A stretch of 64,000 nucleotides of DNA from Eubacteriales bacterium. GTDB taxonomy: Bacteria > Bacillota > Clostridia > Oscillospirales > CAG-272. Of the stretch, positions 38,513 to 48,194 are shown piece after piece. The stretch covers positions 2,363-66,362 of the forward strand of contig JAZQKG010000026.1 of the NCBI GenBank assembly GCA_045542035.1, given 5' to 3'. The notes under the pieces were generated by a model, which searched no databases, was not told where the DNA came from, and was given only the letters and a program-made list of their open reading frames with translations. Both the position numbers and the translations under genes were made by a program. Each line of letters opens with the position of its first letter. The stretch's first letter is position 1.

Positions 38513-39226
38513 TTACTCTTTGGTGTAATCAAAATCGGGTTCATAGTTCTCAAGAACCTTTATATATTTGATAACGGGCTTGTCCTTATCATTTTCAACC
38601 GCGCCGTTTCCGTAATAAGCCCAATACTGATGATATGGGGTTCCGTAATACTCTGCCATGGCAGTTTTAGGAAAGACCTCTTCGGTTATTTCATCAACAA
38701 CGCTCATTCCCATAATAACGTATCCGAATGCGGCGTAATTTCCGTCAAGGCTGTCCCGTGCGTCCGCGTTACAAATGAAGAACTGACTCGATGCGGAATC
38801 CGGAGCATTCGAGCGAGCCATCGAAATAACGCCCCTATAATGCTTTATATCGTTTTCGTATCCGTTGGATGAAAACTCTCCGATTATTGTGTCTTTAGAA
38901 CCGCCAGTCCCGTCGCCGTCTGGGTCTCCGCCCTGAATCATAAAATCCTTAATGATTCTATGAAAGGTCAGCCCGTCATAAAAGCCTTCCTTTACAAGCT
39001 TTAAAAAGTTTGCTACCGTGATAGGAGCTGTGGTTGCATCAAGCAGGATTATCAGCTTACCGTAATCCTCGACGCACATCTCAACGTAGCTTATATCTCT
39101 GCCTTCCGTGCTTCTTGAAGCAGCATAATCAGCCCATCCCGTACCAAGTTTTTCACCGCATGAAGCAAGAGTAACGGATGAAATTGCCACGATAAGAAGC
39201 ACAGCAACTATTCTTCTAAGTTTCAT
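38513..39226 (-). CDS. Cyclophilin-type peptidyl-prolyl isomerase, lipoprotein
   Basis: Lipobox LASCGE. FHRIIKDFMIQGGDP and SMARS...SASSQFFI cyclophilin motifs. Confidence 0.85.
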   Translation of the reverse strand: MKLRRIVAVLLIVAISSVTLASCGEKLGTGWADYAASRSTEGRDISYVEMCVEDYGKLIILLDATTAPITVANFLKLVKEGFYDGLTFHRIIKDFMIQGGDPDGDGTGGSKDTIIGEFSSNGYENDIKHYRGVISMARSNAPDSASSQFFICNADARDSLDGNYAAFGYVIMGMSVVDEITEEVFPKTAMAEYYGTPYHQYWAYYGNGAVENDKDKPVIKYIKVLENYEPDFDYTKE

Positions 39227-39247
39227 TTTTATTCCTTTCGAAAATTA

Positions 39248-40297
39248 TTAAATATGTCTTGTAATAAACATTTCAACAGAGCCGTAGCCCGAAATTCCGC
39301 CTGACTTTGAAGCCGCGTCAGCGCGGCAGAGCTCGGAGAGCGACTCGGAAAGCCTTTTCGTTCCGAATTTTTTCGCGGCGCCTATATAAAGCTTCGCCTT
39401 AAAGGGATGGAATTTCAAGATAGACTCGATGTCAGAAGAGCCTTTTCCTTCATCTAAAAGCAACGCGACCGAGGTAAGCTCCGAATACGTTCGCTCAAGC
39501 ATCGCTATAACAGCCTGCGGCTCTACCCTTCGCTGCTTAAGGTCGGTAAGAGCGACGAAAGCCTTCTCGACGTTTTTTTCGAGCACGGCATTTGAAAGGG
39601 CAAACGCATCGCACTCAACCGTTGAAGAAGAAACGGCATCTACGTCACTCGGTGTCACCGCCGCTCTGCCATTTGCCTTTGCGTAACAGCAAAGCTTTAT
39701 CACTTCGTTATTTAATATCTCCATAGAGCGCCCCGAGCGGAAAAGCAAAGCGTTAAGAGTATTTACGTCAACTCCCACGCCCTCCGCGTCAAAATGCTTT
39801 TTCAGCCACGTGAGAAGCTGCGCGTCAGTGGATTTTGAAAAATTAAGAATTTCAAATCCCTTATTTAACCTTATGGCAAGGCGCGACGGCTTTTTCTGCG
39901 TTCCCGCGTCAAATCCGTCAGACGTAGTCATTATCGCAAAAACAGCGCACGGATACTCTTCTTTAAGCTCAAAAAGCGATTCGAGAGCCGAACGCTCCCC
40001 CTCCTTCAAGCCGTCAAGATTTGCGAACCTCCATTCTATAAGCTTGTAGTCACTCATCATCGGCGGGGATTTTATAGCCTCGGCTACAGCGGAAAAATCA
40101 ATATCCGCTCCGTCATACGCCGTGTGGTTAAAAAGAGAGAACGCCTCGTCTGTGACTATCGCCCGCCGAAGCTCGTTCATATAATATTTTTTGAGGTAAT
40201 CCTCTTCACCCGAGACTATATACCAGCCTGAGAGATTGCCTGATTTTAACCGCCCTTTAAATTCGTTTAAATCCATTTGCACCTCAAACCGTTTCAA
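39248..40297 (-). CDS. holA: DNA polymerase III delta subunit
   Basis: 349 aa with HolA-like domain organisation (the N-terminal clamp-loader fold starts at YIVSGEEDYL). Moderate motif support only. Confidence 0.75.
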   Translation of the reverse strand: MKRFEVQMDLNEFKGRLKSGNLSGWYIVSGEEDYLKKYYMNELRRAIVTDEAFSLFNHTAYDGADIDFSAVAEAIKSPPMMSDYKLIEWRFANLDGLKEGERSALESLFELKEEYPCAVFAIMTTSDGFDAGTQKKPSRLAIRLNKGFEILNFSKSTDAQLLTWLKKHFDAEGVGVDVNTLNALLFRSGRSMEILNNEVIKLCCYAKANGRAAVTPSDVDAVSSSTVECDAFALSNAVLEKNVEKAFVALTDLKQRRVEPQAVIAMLERTYSELTSVALLLDEGKGSSDIESILKFHPFKAKLYIGAAKKFGTKRLSESLSELCRADAASKSGGISGYGSVEMFITRHI

Positions 40298-40715
40298 TTT
40301 TCATTCTCACAGACTTCTCCGCTCCGCCTATTTTCATAGTATATAAAATATCGATGCGCCCACCGTCCCGTGTCATATTATTCCGTATTTTTTTTGTAAA
40401 TATCTCGGTATCAAATGAATACGGCGGCACTTGATAGAGCGACTTATGGCTCTCCCCTTCCAAAAACATCATATCGCTTACAACAGCGCCTCTGCGCTTC
40501 ACGCTTACCTTGTTTTCGGTTATTATTATATCTGAGGCGACTCTGCCCCCCTCGGTATCCTCGGTATACATTATAACTATTTCCTCATTGGAAATTTTCA
40601 AAAATCCGTCCGGCATAATTTCGGTTCGCTCTGTCTCGCCTTCCGCAAGTCCCGACGGAGATAAGTTCTCAATAACCGAACTTATTTTAAATTTCTTTTC
40701 TTTAATTATTGCCAT
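40284..40715 (-). CDS. DUF1934 (YwiB-like beta-barrel) protein
   Basis: 143 aa with an alternating beta pattern and a VSVKRRGAVVSDMMF...GRIDILYTM layout like DUF1934. Overlaps the holA start by 14 nt. Confidence 0.6.
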   Translation of the reverse strand: MAIIKEKKFKISSVIENLSPSGLAEGETERTEIMPDGFLKISNEEIVIMYTEDTEGGRVASDIIITENKVSVKRRGAVVSDMMFLEGESHKSLYQVPPYSFDTEIFTKKIRNNMTRDGGRIDILYTMKIGGAEKSVRMKIETV

Positions 40716-40772
40716 AACTTCCTATGCAAATAGGGCGACCGCTCGCAAAATGCCACGGCCGTCCCAAAATAT

Positions 40773-41204
40773 TTATTTTTGTCTTTTGCGCATATTATAC
40801 TCACTGTGAGGATTGACAAGCTCGCGCCAATTAAGGCTTCCGTTGTCAAGCGCTATAACAAGAGCCTCCGCAGTTGCGATATTGGTCGCGAGAGGAATGT
40901 TATGCACGTCGCAAAGGCGAAGCAGGTTTGCCTCACCGTCATAAACCATATCAGCGGGGTCGGTGCTTCTGAAATAAAACACTAAATCTATTTCGTTATA
41001 AGAAACTCTTGACGCTATCTGTTCTGTTCCTCCTGAGGAACCTGCAAGGAATGTTTCTATTTCAAGACCCGTCGCATCAGAAATGTACTTACCTGTTATA
41101 TGTGTTGCGCAGAGGTGGTGACGCGCGAGTATCCCGCAATACGCAATGCAGAACTGCGCCATAAGCTCTTTTTTGTTGTCGTCAGCTATTATAGCGATGT
41201 ACAT
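40773..41204 (-). CDS. Methylglyoxal synthase-like (MGS fold) protein lacking the catalytic residues
   Basis: Clear MGS-like alignment (IAIIADDNKK, ATHITG, GSSGGTEQI, NIPLATNIATAE), but the catalytic positions are substituted (see finding). ATG at 41204 with a GGGAG RBS. Confidence 0.7.
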   Translation of the reverse strand: MYIAIIADDNKKELMAQFCIAYCGILARHHLCATHITGKYISDATGLEIETFLAGSSGGTEQIASRVSYNEIDLVFYFRSTDPADMVYDGEANLLRLCDVHNIPLATNIATAEALVIALDNGSLNWRELVNPHSEYNMRKRQK

Positions 41205-41428
41205 TAAACACACTCCCTTTTATGATTTAAAAATATCCGTTATTATATTTTATCATAAAATATTAATTTTGTCAATTGATTTTGAGTCTTCAGAACGCAA
41301 TTTTTTTGTCAAGATAAATTTAAACCCAAATTTTTTTAAAAAAATCAAATTTATCATTGAAAAATATCGAAAAGTATTATATAATATCTATATGTAAATT
41401 TTTTCCCTCTGGAAAGGACGTTAAATAG

Positions 41429-42496
41429 ATGAAAAAATTCAGAAAAATCGGCGTACTTACCTCGGGCGGAGACGCTCCCGGAATGAACGCCGCAGTCAGA
41501 GCGGTTACGAGAACCGCAATTGCTCACGGAGTTGAGGTTATGGGAATACGCCGCGGATACTCGGGTCTTATTGACGGAGACATTGCCGCCCTCGGCGTAA
41601 GAGACGTATCGAACATAATTAACAAGGGCGGAACAGCTCTCTTTTCGGACAGATGCCCCGAAATGCTCACCTACGAAGGCAAGCAAAAAGCAATCGCTAC
41701 ATGTAAAAATCTTGAAATCGACGGAATAGTTGCTATTGGCGGCGACGGAACGTTCAGAGGCGCGGCAGCGCTCACCGCGCTCGGAATTCCCTGCATCAGC
41801 ATTCCCGGAACAATTGACAACGACATTACCTCGACCGATAACTCAATCGGATACGACACGGCAATGAACACCGTTATCGACCTTATTGACAAGCTTCGTG
41901 ACACCTGCGAATCCCACGCAAGATGCAACGTCGTTGAGGTTATGGGCAGAGGCGCGGGTGATATAGCTATCAACACCGGTATCGCATCGGGAGCGACCTC
42001 GGTGGTTATCCCCGAAATCCCCTACAGCGACGATGCAATTTGCAAAAAAATAGCGAAAGCAAAAAAAATCGGAAAGCGCAACTTTATAATTATCGTTTCC
42101 GAGGGAGTCGGCTCAGATTACGCTCCCGCTCTCGCAAAGAAAATTCAAACAGAAACGGGTGTTGAAACAAAGTTCGCCCGCCTTGCTCACGTTGTAAGAG
42201 GCGGAAGCCCCACACTCCGCGACAGAGCTCTTGCATCCGCAATGGGTGTATTCGCTGTTGAACAGCTTCTTCTCGGAAAATCAAACCTCGTTATCTGTGA
42301 GCGCCACGGTGAAATCGTCGCTACCGATATCAACTATGCCCTTACCGCAGATAAACTTTATAAGGGTATAACGGTTAAGAACGAGGACCTCGCGGTATTT
42401 ACCAAAGAAGAGCTTAACGGAATGAAGGCTCTCGGTGACGAGCGCCGCGCTGATATGCAGCGCCTTTACGAAATAGCTGAAAAAATAAATCTTTAA
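41429..42496 (+). CDS. pfkA: ATP-dependent 6-phosphofructokinase
   Basis: GVLTSGGDAPGMNAAVR, GGDGTFRGA, PGTIDNDI and MGRGAGDIA motifs. TTGAAA-17-TATAAT promoter upstream. Confidence 0.9.
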   Translation: MKKFRKIGVLTSGGDAPGMNAAVRAVTRTAIAHGVEVMGIRRGYSGLIDGDIAALGVRDVSNIINKGGTALFSDRCPEMLTYEGKQKAIATCKNLEIDGIVAIGGDGTFRGAAALTALGIPCISIPGTIDNDITSTDNSIGYDTAMNTVIDLIDKLRDTCESHARCNVVEVMGRGAGDIAINTGIASGATSVVIPEIPYSDDAICKKIAKAKKIGKRNFIIIVSEGVGSDYAPALAKKIQTETGVETKFARLAHVVRGGSPTLRDRALASAMGVFAVEQLLLGKSNLVICERHGEIVATDINYALTADKLYKGITVKNEDLAVFTKEELNGMKALGDERRADMQRLYEIAEKINL

Positions 42497-42504
42497 TAAA
42501 ATTC

Positions 42505-42538
42505 TCTCCGGCTTGCAGTATAACCTGCCCGCCGGAGA
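42505..42538. terminator. Bidirectional terminator between pfkA and the 88-aa gene
   Basis: TCTCCGGC / GCCGGAGA stem followed by TTTTTTATTTT. Confidence 0.7.
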
Positions 42539-42542
42539 TTTT

Positions 42543-42809
42543 TTATTTTGCATAAGACTCAGCCGTCATTCTTACCCCAAGAGAAAAACCGTTTACAAAC
42601 GCTTCCTCGCGCAAGAGACACCGAAGCTCCATATGAACGTTTTCAAGCTCTTCTAAAAGCTCGTTTTCTCGCTCGTTAATTGCTCCTTTTAAATCCTCTC
42701 TGTGCTCGTCAAGTATCTGATATAATCTTCTTTCTTCCGCTCCTTGTATAAAGTTATCACTCCAAGGAGCTATTTTTCCATTCCATAAATCAAATAATGT
42801 GTCTTTCAT
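42543..42809 (-). CDS. Small helical protein (resembles the DUF6809-type family common in Clostridia; from recollection)
   Basis: 88 aa with the pattern LWNGKI.P...........Y..I.....L......E.ELLEEL......L.....EAF..GF.LG.R. Own TTGTCA-17-TATAAT promoter (42896-42868). Confidence 0.5.
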   Translation of the reverse strand: MKDTLFDLWNGKIAPWSDNFIQGAEERRLYQILDEHREDLKGAINERENELLEELENVHMELRCLLREEAFVNGFSLGVRMTAESYAK

Positions 42810-42948
42810 ACGTATTTCCTTTTAACTGTTTTTTGAAAACTACAAGTGTCTGTGTAGTCCTAAATAAATTATAACACATAAAAATGATTTTGACAATTGC
42901 CATTATAATGGCTATATTTTGGAATAGAATAAACTCAAAGTATAGAAT

Positions 42949-42986
42949 AACTCCGACAGGGACCTTGATTCGTCCTTGCCGGAGTT
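42949..42986. terminator. Hairpin immediately after argF, T-run on the plus side
   Basis: 15-position stem AACTCCGACAGGGAC / GTCCTTGCCGGAGTT with 1 mismatch and 1 wobble. ATTTTTTA follows on the plus strand. Confidence 0.7.
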
Positions 42987-42991
42987 ATTTT

Positions 42992-43978
42992 TTAAAGAGT
43001 TGCCGCCATAACGGCTTTTATCGTGTGCATACGGTTTTCAGCTTCCTCGAATACGACCGACTGCTTACTTTCAAACACCTCGTCGGTAACCTCCATAGAA
43101 GAAATACCGAACTTTTCGCCAACCTCTTTTCCTATAACGGTATTAAGGTCGTGGAATGACGGCAGGCAATGCATAAATATTGCGCCATCGCCCGCGTTAT
43201 CCATTATAGCTTTCGTTACGGCATAAGGCGAGAGGTCCTTTATTCTCTCTGCCCAAACCTCTGTCGGCTCACCCATAGAAACCCAGACGTCAGTACAGAT
43301 TACGTCGGCATTTTTCGTTGCATTCATGGGGTCCGTGTCAAATTTAAGCGTCGCGCCGCTATCCTTTGCAACCTTCTCGCACTCTGCAATTAGGGCTTTG
43401 TCCGGAAAATATTTTTCGGGAGCGCAGGCAGTAAAATTCATTCCCATCTTTGCGCATCCGACCATAAGCGAATTGCCCATATTATAGCGAGCATCGCCCA
43501 TATAAACAAAATTGATGCCCTTAAGCTTACCGAACTTTTCCTTTATAGTGAGAAGGTCGGCAAGAATCTGCGTGGGATGAAATTCATTCGTAAGTCCATT
43601 CCATACGGGAACGGATGAATACTCTGCAAGCTCCTCTACGATAGACTGCCCAAATCCGCGGTATTCAATTCCCTCGTACATTCCCGCAAGAACACGAGCG
43701 GTATCCGCGATAGATTCCTTTTTGCCCATCTGAGAGCCCGTCGGTCCGAGATAGGTTACACCCATTCCGAGATCCTTTGCGGCAACCTCAAACGCGCAGC
43801 GTGTACGCGTGCTGTCCTTTTCAAAAAGAAGAACTACGTTCTTTCCTTCGTGCAATCTATGCGGTATTCCCGCCTTTTTCTTCGCCTTAAGCTCGGCGGC
43901 AAAGTCTACGAGATATTCTATTTCCTCGGATGTAAAATCAAGAAGCTTTAAAAAATCCTTTCCCTTTAAGCTTTCCAT
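42992..43978 (-). CDS. argF: Ornithine carbamoyltransferase
   Basis: STRTR, HPTQ and HCLP motifs. Confidence 0.9.
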   Translation of the reverse strand: MESLKGKDFLKLLDFTSEEIEYLVDFAAELKAKKKAGIPHRLHEGKNVVLLFEKDSTRTRCAFEVAAKDLGMGVTYLGPTGSQMGKKESIADTARVLAGMYEGIEYRGFGQSIVEELAEYSSVPVWNGLTNEFHPTQILADLLTIKEKFGKLKGINFVYMGDARYNMGNSLMVGCAKMGMNFTACAPEKYFPDKALIAECEKVAKDSGATLKFDTDPMNATKNADVICTDVWVSMGEPTEVWAERIKDLSPYAVTKAIMDNAGDGAIFMHCLPSFHDLNTVIGKEVGEKFGISSMEVTDEVFESKQSVVFEEAENRMHTIKAVMAATL

Positions 43979-43979
43979 C

Positions 43980-45155
43980 TTAAGCTATCTCCTTCGCTAC
44001 TTTTTTTATTATTTTCACTGCCTTTTCCAAAAGCGGCATAGGAATATTAAGCGCAGGAAGAAGTCTTACCTTATTCTTTGCCTTAATAGGAAGAATGCCT
44101 TCCTCCATACACTTTTGAATAATCTTCGACGCATCGCCAACGGTTTCTATTCCTATCATAAGTCCGAGACCGCTGACGCTTTTTATTCCTTCAGCGCCTT
44201 CAAGCTCGCTGAATATATACGCCGACTTTTCTTTTACCTCTTTTAGAAGCTTTTCATCTATTCTATTGATAACCGAAATTGCCGCCGCGCAGGAAACGGG
44301 ATTTCCGCCAAAGGTTGAGCCGTGAAGCCCCGCGCTCAGAACGTCTGCCGTTTTATCAAAGAAAAGAGTCGCTCCGATAGGTAATCCGCCCGCAAGACCC
44401 TTCGCAGTCGTTAGAATGTCCGGCTTTATTCCAAAATGCTCGTAAGCGTAAAGATATCCGCTTCTGCCGTTACCCGTTTGAACCTCGTCAAATATAACGA
44501 GAAGTCCGTTTTCCTTTGCGAACTCGCATACGCCTTGCACGAACTTTTCATCAAGCGTCATTACTCCGCCCTCGCCTTGAACAGGCTCCATCATTACGGC
44601 GGCGCATTTATTATCTCTTGCAAGTCTTATTACTTCATCAAGGTTATTTGCCTCCGCGTATAAAAATCCTTCGGTCATCGGAGTGAAATGCTCGTGAAAA
44701 ACATCCTGTCCCGTTGCGGCAAGAGTCGTCACCGTTCTGCCGTGGAAGCTGTTTTTCAAGGTAATTATATTGTAATAATCCTTGCCTTTATTCATCTCTG
44801 CCCAAAGACGCGCGCATTTTATTGCGCACTCGTTCGCCTCAGCGCCCGAGTTTGAGAAAAAAACCTTTTTGGCTCCGGTGCGGCTACATAATACTTCCGC
44901 AAGACGCGCTGACGGCTCTGTATAATAAAGGTTAGAGGCGTGTTGAATTTTAGATGCCTGCTCGGTTACGGCGGCTATCCATTCATCGTCAGCAATTCCA
45001 AAGGTGTTAACCGCTATTCCGCTTGAAAGGTCAATATATTCTTTTCCGTTTTCGTCATACACAAGCGAGCCCTTGCCGTGAGTAAAAGCAAGGTCAAACC
45101 TCGCGTACGTCGAGGCTACGTACTCTTTATCGGTATTTTTAAAATTCTGATTCAT
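43980..45155 (-). CDS. argD: Acetylornithine aminotransferase
   Basis: Class III aminotransferase motifs: [27 protein letters not shown]. Confidence 0.9.
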   Translation of the reverse strand: MNQNFKNTDKEYVASTYARFDLAFTHGKGSLVYDENGKEYIDLSSGIAVNTFGIADDEWIAAVTEQASKIQHASNLYYTEPSARLAEVLCSRTGAKKVFFSNSGAEANECAIKCARLWAEMNKGKDYYNIITLKNSFHGRTVTTLAATGQDVFHEHFTPMTEGFLYAEANNLDEVIRLARDNKCAAVMMEPVQGEGGVMTLDEKFVQGVCEFAKENGLLVIFDEVQTGNGRSGYLYAYEHFGIKPDILTTAKGLAGGLPIGATLFFDKTADVLSAGLHGSTFGGNPVSCAAAISVINRIDEKLLKEVKEKSAYIFSELEGAEGIKSVSGLGLMIGIETVGDASKIIQKCMEEGILPIKAKNKVRLLPALNIPMPLLEKAVKIIKKVAKEIA

Positions 45156-46032
45156 CCTTCATATCCCGAACTATCATAGTTCCGGCTCCTTCATCGGTAA
45201 GTGTCTCAATAAGAAGCGCGTGAGGAACGCGTCCGTCAAGTATGGTTACCTTCTTAACTCCTCTGTGAATAGCGTCAATACAGCACTGCACCTTCGGAAT
45301 CATTCCTCCGCTGACGATTCCCGTGCTGAACAGCTCCTCCGCGCCCTTGATATCAATACACTGAATAATAGAGCTGTGGTCATCCTTATCCCGAAGAATA
45401 CCTTCTATATCAGTCATCGTTATAAGACGCTCCGCCTCCATCGCGCCGGCAATATACGCCGCGGCAGTATCGGCATTGATATTATAGACGTTTCCCTTAT
45501 CGTCACAGCCTATTGTAGAAACGACGGGAATATATCCCTTTTCAAGAAGGTCGTTTATCATCGTTACGTTTACGCCCGTAATTTTTCCGACGTAGCCGAG
45601 TTTTTCATCCTTCATCTCAGCCTTTATCATATGGCCGTCAAGACCGGATATACCGACGGCTCTGCCGCCCTTGATTTCAAGCATATTTACAAGGCTCTTG
45701 TTGATTTTGCCCGCCAACACCATCTGAACGACGTCAACGGTTTCCTTATCCGTTACGCGAAGACCGTCGACAAATACAGACTCCTTGCCAATTTTATTAA
45801 GAGTGTCTGTAATTTCCGGTCCGCCTCCGTGCACAAGAACAACCTTAACTCCCGTAAGGTGAAGAAGGATAATATCCTCCATTACCTGCTCTTTCAGAGT
45901 TTCGTTTATCATAGCGTTTCCGCCATACTTAACGACAATTATTTTATTGTAATATTTCTGTATGTAAGGAAGCGCCTGAGTAAGTATCTCCGCGCGCTCC
46001 GCGTTTGTTATTTTAATCTGATTATTTCCCAT
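45139..46032 (-). CDS. argB: Acetylglutamate kinase
   Basis: VVKYGGNAM, VLVHGGGP and NINADTAA motifs. Confidence 0.9.
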   Translation of the reverse strand: MGNNQIKITNAERAEILTQALPYIQKYYNKIIVVKYGGNAMINETLKEQVMEDIILLHLTGVKVVLVHGGGPEITDTLNKIGKESVFVDGLRVTDKETVDVVQMVLAGKINKSLVNMLEIKGGRAVGISGLDGHMIKAEMKDEKLGYVGKITGVNVTMINDLLEKGYIPVVSTIGCDDKGNVYNINADTAAAYIAGAMEAERLITMTDIEGILRDKDDHSSIIQCIDIKGAEELFSTGIVSGGMIPKVQCCIDAIHRGVKKVTILDGRVPHALLIETLTDEGAGTMIVRDMKDESEF

Positions 46033-47246
46033 TAGGTTCTGTAATCTCCGTTAATTTTCACATAATCGTAGGTAAGGTCGCAGCCCCAGGCTTTTGCGTT
46101 TGCATCGCCGTCACCAAGCCTTACGGCAATTATAATTTCCTTTTCAAGAAGAATTTCCTTGGCAACCTCCTCAGAGAAATCAACTCCGCTTCCGTTTTTA
46201 CAAACCTCTATTTCACCCTTCGCGGATTTAAATGAGACGCAGGTTTTTGAGATATCAACCTCAGCGCCGCTATAGCCTATCGCGCAAAGAACTCTTCCCC
46301 AGTTTGCGTCAGAACCGAACATCGCCGCCTTGACAAGCGAGGAGCATATAACGCTCTTAGCTATAATCTTAGCGTTCTTTTCATCGAGAGCTCCCGAAAC
46401 CTCGCACTCGAGAAGCTTTGTCGCACCCTCTCCGTCTGCCGCTATCATACGGCAAAGCTGCATATTTACCGTGTTAAGAGCCTTCATAAATGCATCAAAG
46501 TCATCACCCGTGCAGCATATTTCATCATTTCCTGCCATGCCGTTCGCAAGGACCGTAACCATATCGTTCGTCGAAGTATCACCGTCAACGCTTATCATAT
46601 TGAACGTAGACTGAATATCCGTCGAAAGCGCGAGTCTCAGCATTTCGGCGCTTATCGCGCAGTCGGTCGTTATAAACACAAGCATCGTCGCCATATTGGG
46701 ATGAATCATTCCCGAGCCCTTGGCAATACCGCCAATCTTACATTCCTTGCCGCCCACCGTGAAGGAGAGCGCTATCTCCTTTTTAACAACGTCCGTCGTC
46801 ATAATACCCTCTGCGGCATCATCGCTTCCGCTTTCGGATAGCGCTGAGATGAGCGCGGGAATTCCCGCCTTTATAGGCGCGATATCAAGCGGCTGACCTA
46901 TAACTCCGGTGGATGCGACGACAACGTCGCTTTTAGATATTCCAAGCTCATTTGCGAGAAGCTCGCAGGTAAGCTCGGCTATTTCAACACCGTTCGCGTT
47001 GCAGGTGTTGGCATTTCCGCTGTTGCATATGACCGCCTGAGCTATTCCGTCAGCTATATTATTTTTCGTAACCGTAAGAGGCGCGCCCTTCACTTTATTC
47101 GTCGTGTATACAGCCGCCGCCTTTGCGGGCACTGCTGAATATATGAGCGATATATCCTTTTTTGTTCTGTTTTTGCGTACTCCGCAATGAACACCGCTCG
47201 CGGTAAATCCCTTTGCGGCGCAAACTCCGCCTTCTATAATCTTCAT
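46032..47246 (-). CDS. argJ: Bifunctional ornithine acetyltransferase / N-acetylglutamate synthase
   Basis: Autoprocessing site ATMLVFITTD (the T following PNMATML). 404 aa. Confidence 0.9.
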   Translation of the reverse strand: MKIIEGGVCAAKGFTASGVHCGVRKNRTKKDISLIYSAVPAKAAAVYTTNKVKGAPLTVTKNNIADGIAQAVICNSGNANTCNANGVEIAELTCELLANELGISKSDVVVASTGVIGQPLDIAPIKAGIPALISALSESGSDDAAEGIMTTDVVKKEIALSFTVGGKECKIGGIAKGSGMIHPNMATMLVFITTDCAISAEMLRLALSTDIQSTFNMISVDGDTSTNDMVTVLANGMAGNDEICCTGDDFDAFMKALNTVNMQLCRMIAADGEGATKLLECEVSGALDEKNAKIIAKSVICSSLVKAAMFGSDANWGRVLCAIGYSGAEVDISKTCVSFKSAKGEIEVCKNGSGVDFSEEVAKEILLEKEIIIAVRLGDGDANAKAWGCDLTYDYVKINGDYRT

Positions 47247-47258
47247 ATTTAAAATTCC

Positions 47259-48191
47259 TTACAAAACCAATGTCTTTGTCTTATCTTCTCCGAGAACAAT
47301 GTTGAGGCATTCGACAGCCGCGCCCGACGCGCCTTTTCCAAGATTGTCATATCTTGCGACAAGTATCATTCTGTCGGCATTTCCGTGAACCGAAATTTCC
47401 ATAGTGTCGCGTCCCTCGTACGCATTTGCAGATAGAAATCCCGCTTCATCGGCATCCTCTTTATAAAATACCAGGGGTCCCGTGTAAGCTTTTTTATATG
47501 CTGCTTTTACGTCCTCGATAGTTTTTCCGTCAGCCAGCCACTTTGCGAAAATAGGCACTGTCACTTCCATTCCGGAATAGAAGTCCGACACGATTGGAGA
47601 GAAAACAGGAGCGTTTTCCATTCCGGTTATCGCGACCATTTCAGGCAGATGCTTATGCGTCTGCTTGATTCCGTACTGGCGCGGAGCGTTAAGGAGCGTG
47701 TCAATTTCTTCCGCCTCGTACTGCGCTATCATGCTCTTTCCTCCGCCCGAGTATCCGGTCAGAGAATGGCAGGTAAGAAGCGTGTCCTTAGCTATTATTC
47801 CCGCCTTAACAAGCGGATATATAAGAGCGATAAAGCCTCCCGCATGGCAGCCGGGAACGGCAATTCTTTTACTGTTTTTTATCTTTTCATCGAATTCCGC
47901 GCCAAGCTCGGGGAAACCGTAAGCCCACGCGGGATTCGTTCTGTGCGCCGTTGAGGTATCGATAACGACAACGTCGGGATTTTCAATCATTGATACCGCT
48001 TCCCTTGCGGCGTCGTCAGGCAGACAAAGGAAGGCTATGTCAACCGAATTCAAAACCTCACGTCTTGCATCGGGATCTTTTCTTTTCTCCTCCGGCAATG
48101 ATATAATCTCAATATCATCTCTCTCTGAGAGTCTTTCCTCTATTCTTAAACCTGTAGTGCCGGCTTTTCCGTCTATAAATATCTTTTTCAT
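47259..48191 (-). CDS. argC: N-acetyl-gamma-glutamyl-phosphate reductase
   Basis: GKAGTTG NAD motif and active-site VPGCHAGG. 310-aa short form. Confidence 0.9.
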   Translation of the reverse strand: MKKIFIDGKAGTTGLRIEERLSERDDIEIISLPEEKRKDPDARREVLNSVDIAFLCLPDDAAREAVSMIENPDVVVIDTSTAHRTNPAWAYGFPELGAEFDEKIKNSKRIAVPGCHAGGFIALIYPLVKAGIIAKDTLLTCHSLTGYSGGGKSMIAQYEAEEIDTLLNAPRQYGIKQTHKHLPEMVAITGMENAPVFSPIVSDFYSGMEVTVPIFAKWLADGKTIEDVKAAYKKAYTGPLVFYKEDADEAGFLSANAYEGRDTMEISVHGNADRMILVARYDNLGKGASGAAVECLNIVLGEDKTKTLVL

Positions 48192-48194
48192 AAA

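Noticed and set aside
41354-41686. 110-aa minus-strand ORF
   Set aside because: It overlaps the pfkA promoter and 5' coding region in antisense. No support.
42884-43159. 91-aa plus-strand ORF
   Set aside because: It runs through the argF terminator hairpin and antisense into argF. The promoter-like element here is discussed as a possible sRNA start, not a CDS.
45220-46035. 271-aa plus-strand ORF
   Set aside because: It is entirely antisense to argB, which has strong family motifs. The translation is low-complexity with no motif or RBS. This is a typical shadow ORF.
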